From Hypanus sabinus (lineage: Eukaryota), in assembly GCF_030144855.1 (NCBI RefSeq), contig NC_082722.1, forward strand, positions 12,214,001 through 12,278,000: a stretch of 64,000 bases of DNA, in the 5' to 3' direction. A program made the translations under genes and the position numbers. Shown piece by piece: positions 51,701 through 61,472 of the stretch; positions within the stretch are counted from its first letter, which is position 1; the number at the start of each line of letters is the position of its first letter. A model generated the notes under the pieces. It had not been told where the DNA came from. It ran no database searches and was given only the letters and a program-made list of their open reading frames with translations.

Positions 51701-52539
51701 CTCTCCAATCCAGGAACATAATATTAAGAGCGTTGATAGTATAACAATATACATCAATAACTCGCATTATCGTTTTCCCTCAGCTTAGTTTATTCAACCG
51801 TCAATTTTAAAGGCTGCTCGAACAATACAATCTGCGTTTCCCTTTCTCCGAAATGCAGCAAAGCCTTATTACAATAAAACATTTCAAATTTCTCTGTAAA
51901 GAAATCTAGTGATAGACTGTCTAGATTTTTAAAAATCTGACCGATTATTCTGCATCCGCGCTGCAGAGCCCTATATAAAACCGCTTTTAAAGATGGGCAA
52001 TAATTGATACTTAAATAATTATTTCGTTCTAATATCGAAAGCTGGGGTTCATTAGTAATTTCACTGGTGGAGATGAATACTGGGGCACGTTTATTACATT
52101 TCATATTAAGGCTTTGCGCCAACAAAACACAACTGACTCCGACATACACTTCAAAATGCAAATTAGTTCAAGAAATTATTTCGAAATAACTGCTCAGCCG
52201 ATGTCTTGTAGAATTGGAGCGGAATTAGAACGAGATGCGCCACTGGCAGTCCTTTTTTTTAGCAGATTCCCCAAGGTATTATTGAATAAAAACCACGCTC
52301 TACCATAGTATAAGTATATGCTACCGAATACACTTTTAGAGCCCCTGCCGCTGCCAATAACGTTCTGCCCGGCATTGATCATCCTTTGTGTGTACTATAT
52401 GAGCCGTATGCGAAAACTCGTTTCATCCGCTTGTTCTTTACCCCACCTGGCTCACCTATACACTGCTCCAGTTCCCTGTCTCCCTGACCCCGGTTTCTAA
52501 ACACAGATGCAACCGCAAGTCATCGAGATTGATTCTCAC

Positions 52540-52851
52540 CCCATACAATGAGCCGTGTGCCAGTTCCATTTCCAGTGTATTCACCCTCCACTCTGCAGTA
52601 ATAGACTCCGGCATCACTTAACTTCATGTCCTCAAGCTGAAGGAACCCGCTCGCTTTATTTTCCACAACAAAACGTTTCCTGCGATCTTGTCCCTCTTTG
52701 AAGAATTCCCGTTCTCCATCTTTCCACCAGAAGATCCTGATTTTAGATTTATCTTGAAATAACGGGAACGCGCATTGGAATTTCGCTTCCTGTCCCACCA
52801 ACTTTTTAATTTCATCCGGCATTTGTTTTACTTCAGAAGCCTCGATGAATG
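52540..52851 (-). CDS. Gene B exon 2, Ig V-set domain with germline-joined J-like strand
   Basis: Acceptor tactcttacag|, donor G|GTGAGA, phase 1; 312 nt like gene A; FQC, FWWK, LQLEDMKLSDAGVYYC, GNGTGTRLIVW. Confidence 0.93.
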
Positions 52852-53088
52852 CTGTAAGAGTAAATAGAAACAAAAATGTAAATTGTAAATTCGGGACAAC
52901 AGTAACAGTCGCTCAGGTGATTCCCTGAAACTGGCAAATTACAGACACCAGAGGAACGAATACCCTCCAGAGAACGAACCACTACGAATTCAATCGTAAA
53001 AGGCAATTTAATTAAATAATTAACTACTTAATCAATTACTTAAATGTTAATTCGAAACTTTCTTCTACAAAGAATTTTTAAAGAATAC

Positions 53089-53143
53089 CTGTGCAAACAA
53101 CGACCAAGATGAAGAAGGGGTTAAATTCGTTTCTTCCAAACAT
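53089..53143 (-). CDS. Gene B exon 1, leader MFGRNEFNPFFILVVVCT(A)
   Basis: ATG at 53143, 55 nt, donor CAG|GTATTC in phase 1; too short for the ORF track. Confidence 0.78.
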
Positions 53144-54463
53144 ACTGAGCACAGACTTTCGCAATTGAGGACCAGCGAGACAACGGACCCTGCGCTGTTT
53201 TCGCGTCTATGTGCTTGTTGGGGGTGGGGGATATCGGTGGAGAAATGGAGTATTATTTTTAGTGGCATGTTCATGCAATGTAGAACCGAAACCAGATGTC
53301 AGCCTTGGAGCCTTGCGGTTTCAATACCCGCAAGCGTCAGTTGAAAGCTGCAAATGTTGAAAATGCTGATCGGGCCCATTTCAAAGAAATTTTAAAAAAA
53401 CTGAGATGTGTGCGACAAGATGGAAGTGACAGGACCGTTCGGGTGAAGGCAGTGAATTCTGTCACTCTGCAACTTTCTGTTCTTCAGCTCAGTGATGAGC
53501 AGACTCCCGTCCCCGCGCAGATGAAACACAAGGGGCTTAAAACACCCTCGGTAAACAGGATAGAATGTAGCGTTTGCACAATTTCTGCGAGCTTCACTAG
53601 GTGAAAATTATCTGATTTGCAAGTTTAAGCAAACGTATTTCGCAACGAAGAGCGAAGAGAAATAATCGAGAGGTAGCAGACACACAAATATGTCCATCAC
53701 CATCGAAAGCAAAAACTGCTGCTGTTAGAAATGATCATATAGAATGGCAGGGGAGGGTTAAGGGGCGAATTGTCTCCTCTCGCAGAACTCGCCGGGTTAA
53801 GCAGTATCTGCAGAGACAAATGGTCCAGCTCTCTTTTTGCCTCCACAAATGTTGCTTGACCCACTTTACTCTTCAAAACATCTTGCGTTATACCTTCCAG
53901 GCAATTTGAAAGTTCTGTAGTAGGCATTATCTGAAAACAATTACATTCCCACTTTCAAAACAGTTCAAGTTTATTGAAAGAAGATATCCCCCATTAAAAA
54001 TGTATCTACTCTTCCTTTGTAAAAATACCTAGAGAGTAGATGATTGCCTCCTCTTTTAATCCTTATTGCTGTCCAGTTCTCCTTTGAACTTCCTCAATCT
54101 CATTTGTTTTCTCCACACCATGGTGTGATAAGAACTCTTGTTTTGCATTGAATGTTGTGAATGCAACTGGGAAGAAACCACTATCAGGATTGTCCCCTCA
54201 TTTGACATCTAAATATACTGTATTTAATTCTTAGAACATTTGTTCCAAAATAGTTACTTACATCTTTTTAAGTAAGTATGATTATAATTTCTTAAGACCT
54301 CAATAAGTTAATTTGTCACTACAAGGAAAACAATTATTTAAAATTAACCATCATCACCAAAGCAAAACAGCTGTCAACAGAAAAGGTCAGCTTCTCTGTT
54401 GGTTGAAAGTGACTAACAGAGTAACAATCTAAGTGACTGAAATATTGTATTCAAATAAATATG

Positions 54464-55101
54464 ACAAAAATGACAAACAAGAGAAAATCTGCAGACGCTG
54501 GAAATCCAAGAAACACACACAAAATGCTGGAGGAACTCAGCAGGCCAGTTATCATCTGTGGAAAAAAGTATAATTGATGTTTCAGGCCAAAACCCTTCAG
54601 CAGGACTGGAGAAAAATAAAGATTAGACTCAAAAGGCGGCAAGGTGGGGAATTGGGGAGGAGACAGAGAAGCACAAACTGGAGGGAGAGGGATGAAGTAA
54701 AGAGTTGGGAAGTTGATTGGTGAAAGAGATACAGGCTGGAGAAGGGAACACCAAAGGCTCGAGGAACTCAGCAGTCCAGGAAGCATCTATGGAAAAATAT
54801 CGTCAATGATTCGGGCCAAGACCCTTTGAAAAGATTAGGAGTAGATTTAAAAGGTGCAGGGAGGGTTTCTCCAGCCCTGTACCTCTTCCACCAATTAACT
54901 TCCCTACTCTTTACTTCATCCTTCCCCCTCCCAGCTTCACCTATCACCTTGTGCTTCTCTCTCCGCTCCCCCCACCTTTTAAATTTACTCATCTTTTTCT
55001 CTCCAGTCCTGCCAATGGGTCTCTGCTCGAAATGTCAGCCAGCTGTACTATTTTCCATAGATGCTGCCTGGCCTGCTGAGTTCCTCCAACATTTTGTGTG
55101 G
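54464..55101. mobile_element. Inverted composite of Penelope-derived 3' ends with three decayed hammerheads
   Basis: Minus copies at about 54475..54740 and 54765..54830, plus copy at about 54860..55101; 13/15 TSD at 54449..54463 and 55102..55116. Confidence 0.75.
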
Positions 55102-55719
55102 ATTCAACTAAACATGTTATTTTATGTTGCTTTCTAACTTTCAAAACTTATAACACTAAATCTGGTATGCAAAATCCAATTGAACACCTAAAACCACAAT
55201 TAAAAACATGTTAACCCGAGGATTAACTATCTTCAGTACTGAAGCAATGAAATTATAGTAAAGAAAATAGCAACTTATATTTTATTTGCAAGTTGTGAAA
55301 AAGTTTGAAGCAGTAAGCAGATTTTTTCACATCATGCAATTAAAAATACAAGTTGCTACTTGTCTTGAATTGATGAGTATCTTGGAAACAGATTTTGAAA
55401 TTCTCACATATTTCACAACATTAACTAGAATTGCACAATAGCCATTTTGAAACTCTGGCTCTCATTGCTTCTGAAGTTAATTCATATAAATAAATCACAA
55501 AGTAAAGGAGTGCGGATTTGCAGACAAACACAGTAAATTAAAACACATCATTCTCTCTACTGATCTTTGGACACTTGCATTTAGTGAGAGTGCAGAGTAG
55601 GTCTTTCGGGCTCTTTAAGCCACACTATCCCAGCAAACTCCTACTATCCTTTAAAATATGAAATAAAAAGACTCAAGCTTTTAATGTTCCTGTAATGACC
55701 TCTTCACTTCCTTGCTTCA

Positions 55720-56510
55720 CTTGTATCACTTAAACACCTATCCAAAAATTATCAAAAAATTTTTAAATCTCTCATTGGGGTATTGTGAGCAGTTTTGGGC
55801 CCCTTATTTAAGAAAGCTTATGTTGACATTGCAGATCATTCAAAGGAGGTTCACAAAAATGATTCTGAGATTGAAAGGTTTATTGTGTGAGGAGTGTTTG
55901 ATGGTTCTGGGACGCTACTCACTAGAATTCAGAAGAATGTGAAGACACCTCATTAAAAACGTTGATAAGTCTAGATAGAGTGGATGTTGACAGCATCTAT
56001 GGGGGGAGGTAATAACGATGCTTGGGCCAAAACCCTTTTAGAAACGGGAAGTGCGGGGTGTGGGAACTATAAGTTTGGTGGCCATGGATGGGAGATCTCC
56101 CGAGCTGATTCTAGAAATGGGAAGGGCGGGGTGTGGGAACTATAGAAGGGTTTCGGCCCGAAATGTCGTTATTACCTCCTCCCATAGATGCTGTCCGGTC
56201 TGCTGAGTTCTGCCAGCATTTTTTTTTTACTCAGAATAGAGGGGCATCCTTTTAGAACAGAGATAAGGAGGGACTTCTTTAGCCAGAAAGTGGTGAATCT
56301 GTGGATTTGTTGCCACAGGCAGCCAAGGAGGCCAAGTCATTGGGTATATTTCTGGCAGAGCTTGATAGATTCTTGATTAGTCAGGGCTTGAGGGGAAGTG
56401 CATCAGATGGGTGCTGAGAAGGAAATTGCATTAGCCTTGATGAAATAGTGGAGCAGACTTGATGGGCCAAATGACACAATTCTGCCCCCATATTTTATGG
56501 TCTTATTTAC
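55720..56510 (+). mobile_element. CR1 3' fragments interrupted by an inverted Penelope-derived piece (55992..56222)
   Basis: EQFWAPYLRK, IQRRFTKMI, GHPFRTEIRRDFFSQKVVNLW. Confidence 0.75.
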
Positions 56511-57739
56511 ATACTCTGACTCAATTCAGAACAACAATAGAACTTATTCTCAATGCTTAGAGACCAGACAATGTAAGAACATGGCATTATGACCAAGTTC
56601 CAAAGATTTAAAGTACATGAACTATCAAAGAATATATAAAGTATACACCTTGAAAATTGTTTGGTTACAGGCAGACAAAACAAGAAACCCAAAGAACCCA
56701 ATTTTAAAAAAGAAAGACTATAAACTCTGCTGATAAAGAAGGAAGAAAAACACACACCATGCAAAAGACAGCATTCTGAATTAGATTGAACCCTTAGATC
56801 TGCTCCCCAGAGTAGGCCCAAGCCTCGATCTCAGTTCATCATAATAGCAGGGCAAAAATGCTGCAAAACTCGCAGAGACAACAGCTATCAGAGCAGTTCA
56901 CAGCCACAGCACTTCCAATCCATCATGTTACAAGAATCACCCTTGTAATAATGATCAGTGAGGCACAGAAAATCTGTATTTACTGACAAGTAACTTTTAT
57001 TGCTTCAACTAAACAACAGGTGGGTTCACAAACCTACCTGTGTGCACCCAACTAGAATCCATGTCCCTCTATGAACAGTCAGTGAAGAGATAAAGGTATC
57101 ACCCAGGAAAAGAGTCTACACTGGCCAGGCATTCCTCGTGGTCCCAATCTCCAGATGCCTGTGCAGTCTTCATTATCCGTGATGGTTGGTCTCTGGTTGC
57201 TGGAGAGTTACCGTCCCTGTGTATTTGGAGCACCTGACTCTTGTAATGTTTCTCATCAATTGAACTGGTAAACCTCCATCCCATTGACTCAAGATCACCT
57301 GACCTACCAGGGTCACCTTTCTACTGGTCACTGTACAAGGCTACAACCAACAACATTTTAAGTTTCTGCCCACCCCAGCCTTGTGTATTTGAGTCTTTCA
57401 ACTCTGATCCAAACCAGTTAAATGATGCATTCCAGACAGTTTGAGATTACAGATTGCAGATTTTGGTAGGTCTGGCAATTTACATAACAATTAGCAACTC
57501 CTCCAAGAATGGTCTCAGATTTAGCAGGTCATTCCCTGTGTCCACATTCAATTGCTCTGATTAGATTATCCCAGAACAAGAATCAATTCAGAGTCCATAA
57601 AATAGGGGAAAATAAAGACAACTGGTTTGTCTGCTTCTCCTGTTCTTGATTAAACTGTAGTTTTCTCTGGCCAACATCTCTCCCCTCTTGATCCAAAGAT
57701 ACTTATTTTAGGATCATTATCCTCTTATTCAGAAGATCA

Positions 57740-58735
57740 TTGGACTGCTATGGAACCCCAGTTCCATCCAGGCTCAACAAGAATCTCAGAGACCTCAGCC
57801 TTGACCCTGCCTTATGAGGCTGGATCCTGGACTTCCTGTCAGATCATTGTAAGAGTCTGCCCCCTTACCTCCAACCCTCTGACTCTCAATACAGGAGTCT
57901 TCTCCTTTACTCCCTGTATATCCATAACTGTATCGCCACTTACAACTCCAATCTGCTAATTAAATTTGCCGATGACACTACACTTTTTGACCATATCTCA
58001 AATAATAACGAGATGGCCTACAAGGAAGAAGTCAACACTCTGACACAGTGGTGTCAAGAAAACAACCTCTCCCTCAATATTACAAAAACAAAGGAGCTGG
58101 TTGTGGATTGCAGAAGGAATGGAGATGGGCTAACCCCTATCGACCTCAATGGAGCTGAGGTTGAGAGGGTAAACAGCTTCAAGTTCGTCGGCATCCACAT
58201 CGCTGAGGACCTACGTGTTCTGTGTACCCAGTGCCTCTTTCACCTCAGATGGTTGAAGAAGTTTTGTATGGAACCCAAAATCCTAAGAACTTTCTACAGG
58301 GGCACAATTGAGAGCATCCTGACTGACTGCATCACCGCCTGGTATGGGAACTGTTTGGGAATTTAATTGTAGGACCCTGCAGAGAGTGGTGCAGACAGCC
58401 CAGCGCATCAGTTGTGAACTTCCCATGATTCAGAACATTTACAAGGTCGGGTGTGTAAAAAGGGCCCATAGAATCATAGGTGACTTTCAGCTGCTATGAA
58501 GCAATACCACTGCATAAAAGCCAAGTCCAACAGGCTCCGGAATAGCTTCTTCCAGCAGGCCATCAGACTGATGAACGCATGCTGATTTGAGTGTACTCTA
58601 TATTACATTGACTGTTCCATTTATTATAAGTTACTATGATTGCACATTGCACTTTTTTTTGGAGACATAATGCAAAGATTTCTACTCCTCATGTATGTGA
58701 AGGATGTAAGAAATAAAGTCAATTCAATTCAATAG
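57740..58735 (+). mobile_element. Rex/Babar-type LINE 3' part
   Basis: KFADDTT region, WCQENNLSLNITKTKELVVD, TFYRGTIESILT; tail aataaagtcaattcaattcaat. Confidence 0.87.
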
Positions 58736-58850
58736 CTGTGCAGCACTTATATTCTATAAATGATATTAACATTTACTAACTAACTTCACCCACGTTATAC
58801 TGACAATTGTCTCCACTGTTTCATGACAGTATTATCCTCGAGTTTTTCCA

Positions 58851-59746
58851 TTATTTCAGCCTTCTCAGTTTATATACATTGTGCAATACATTTATCAGGG
58901 TACATGAAATTAGTATTACAGCAGCAAGTGATACTATTCTTACCGATGGATGTATTTGAACATTCAGCCCCCAATTCCAAAACTTATTCCAAATGCCTGG
59001 GTCACTCAATATTTAATTTGACTTATCAGCATGTATTTCAATCACTTTAGTGTGTTGAGTCCATTCATGGATTACATCCCTTGCCTCTTCCACAATATGT
59101 GTCCAGGCTGCAGTCAAGTGAAGAATTGCTGACAACTCAGTAACAACATAGTGCCACAGATATTCATCTATATCAGTTCGTTGGATCTTGAAGCTTTCTT
59201 TCATTACTGTGTATGATACAAATTGGAGTCCTCCATTTGTTAGCCCATATTACCCATGTCCAAATAGAAGATATGTTTTTTTCACTGAGCATTTTCCAAG
59301 CAATGATATTACTGTTGATACATTTGCCTGCTCTGGAACAAGACCGATCATGGTTAATGTCATCACAGCAAAATACATTATTCTCTTCATGTTAAATCTG
59401 TAACACTCAAGGGTAATATTTGCGCTTATTTCTATTTTAAATCTTAAATTATTTTAAGTCCATATCTTGTTTTATCTAGACCATCCAATCCAGACTCCCA
59501 AATCTCTTTGGACTCAAGGCATCCGTTGTTCCTCACTCCATTTTGCTTCAGGATAGGAGAGATAAGCACAGGCATATTTTCATTTTCCTTTGATTTTCTG
59601 ACAAAACTCCCCTGGTTCTCAGGATGAGGGAACTGAAGACCATCCCCTTGATAGGACCTGTCTCCATATTCTTGGAACAGTTGTTCCATCCTCAAGTCTC
59701 CGAAATCAGGGCTATCATGTACATCAATAACATTCCTGTTTCTCAC
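58851..59746 (-). pseudogene. Decayed accessory ORF downstream of integrase, env-like membrane protein
   Basis: One frame from about 59450 to 58851 with two internal TAA; Cys residues, sequons NIT and NVS, then WNKFWNWGLN...IVSLAAVILISCTLINVL then KLRRLK*. Confidence 0.5.
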
Positions 59747-60800
59747 CCACCAAGTTTAGCTGGTTGATATGGTACCACCCGCTTTTATCTGCTTTGTACA
59801 CCGAAGGACTTGCTTTGTCTATAATTTCATAGGGCCCTGCAAACGTTGGATTTAAATATGAGGTGAGTTGGTGTATTCTAATCATCACTCTCTGTCCTGG
59901 GCTTAATTTAACGAGATTGACTTTTGAGTCAAAGTAGGCTTTACTCTGTTGCTTTTTCTTTCCTATTTGGTGGATTGCCACATAATTGGCCTCTTTCACT
60001 ATTGCTACCAATTGTTGTGCTCACTTTTCTGATACAATCCCATCGATTTCCGGTTTTGACAAATCTAATCTTAAAACCTCCTCTAATCCTCTCAAGTCCT
60101 TTCCAGTCATGAGTTTATAGGGGGTGTAACCTGTAAAAGGTGCCACTGTATTCCTTATTATCATCAAGGCACAAGGCAAAACACTCTGCCATGTTGTTGC
60201 ACCATTTTTGCAATCATATTTTTAATGTTCAATTCATCCTTTCCACAATTCCACAACTGTGGTCTATAGTGTGTGTGAAATCTCTGCTTGATCCCTTGAA
60301 GTGCCATGACATCTTGCATTATCTGGACTGTGAAATGTGTGCCTTGATCCAATTCGACACTCCGGAGTAGTCCCCATCAAGTGAATATCCTTTCGAATAA
60401 GATTCTTCGTGTTTGTCTGAGCTGGGAAAGCTTCCACCCACTTCATAAAGGTATCTATGTCTACCAGAATATACTTGCACCCTCCTGGAGTGTATGGTAA
60501 GGGACCAACATATTCTATCTGCAAATTAATCCAAGGCCTTTTCCATTGGTCTGGTGTGCTGAAAGATTCCTTTCTTCACATTTGTCAGGATTATACTGTG
60601 CACAAATCAAGCAGTTCTTGATATAATGCTCTACATCATCCTTCATCTGACGCCACCAGCCCACTTCCTTGATCTTTTCCAGTGTACTTTTGTACCCTGG
60701 TGTCCCCGTAGATCATGATACCAATGGATCATCTGGTTTCTTCCTCGCTATGGAACCAGAAGCTTTCTTTCATGAAGTACAAATCCATTTTTCACTAGCA
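59724..60800 (-). mobile_element. Gypsy/retrovirus-type integrase remnant
   Basis: QIEYVGPLP, KYILVDIDTFMKWVEAFP, DQGTHFT, FAGPYEII, SPSVYK, WYHINQL; zinc-finger-region DNA at about 60590..60720. Confidence 0.85.
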
Positions 60801-60978
60801 CTCTCTGATGCTCTTTGTATATTTCAGAGCCTACACCTTCTATAAATTTACAAAATATTCTTTATCATTCTTCTGCTCCTCTGTTAAATCCGTAACCTTA
60901 ATCTGTTATTTTGTCTGTCTCCCAATCTCCCCAATCTGTGGCTGCTACTCCTGCCCAAATAAAGCACCTCGCTTTGCC

Positions 60979-61351
60979 CACCAGGCTGGAGGCTACCCAG
61001 ACCTCAACTGGGTCTGGTGGTATGAACATTGAATTCTCCAATTTCCAGTAATTCCCTCCCCCTCCCCCTCCCCCTCCCCTATCCCAGGTCCCTCTCTGCC
61101 TCTCTCCCCTATCAACTTTCTGCTCCTTTATCTCTACAATTCTTTCATGCTTATCCCCTCCCCCTTTATCTTTCCTCTGATTGGTTCTCCACCTGACGCG
61201 TCTATCCCTTCCCTCTTCCCTATCTCTATTACTGGGCTTCGGCCCTCTCTTCCCCCCATTCCTGGTGAAGGGTCTCGGCCCGAAATGTTGGCTACTCTTT
61301 TCTCACGGATGCTGCCTGACCTGCTGAGTTCTTCCAGCGTTGTGTACATAT
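60979..61351 (+). mobile_element. Penelope-like element 3' end with hammerhead remnant (61258..61293)
   Basis: GGMNIEFSNFQ* ending 61051, pyrimidine-rich UTR, CTGGTGAagggtctcggcccGAAAtgtt, then gatgctgcctgacctgctgagtt tail. Confidence 0.82.
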
Positions 61352-61430
61352 TGTTATGATCCCAGCCCCCTCCTTTGTGAGAATCGCAAGAGCACCCGTC
61401 GAGGTGGGGGGGGGGGGGTTAGTAGACCCA

Positions 61431-61472
<42 letters not shown>

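Noticed and set aside
52960-53010. Alternative leader for gene B (TIEFVVVRSLEG|gtattc)
   Set aside because: No in-frame ATG; 53089..53143 has ATG, hydrophobic core and correct phase.
57060-57450. Possible coding remnant
   Set aside because: No recognisable motif in any frame by eye.
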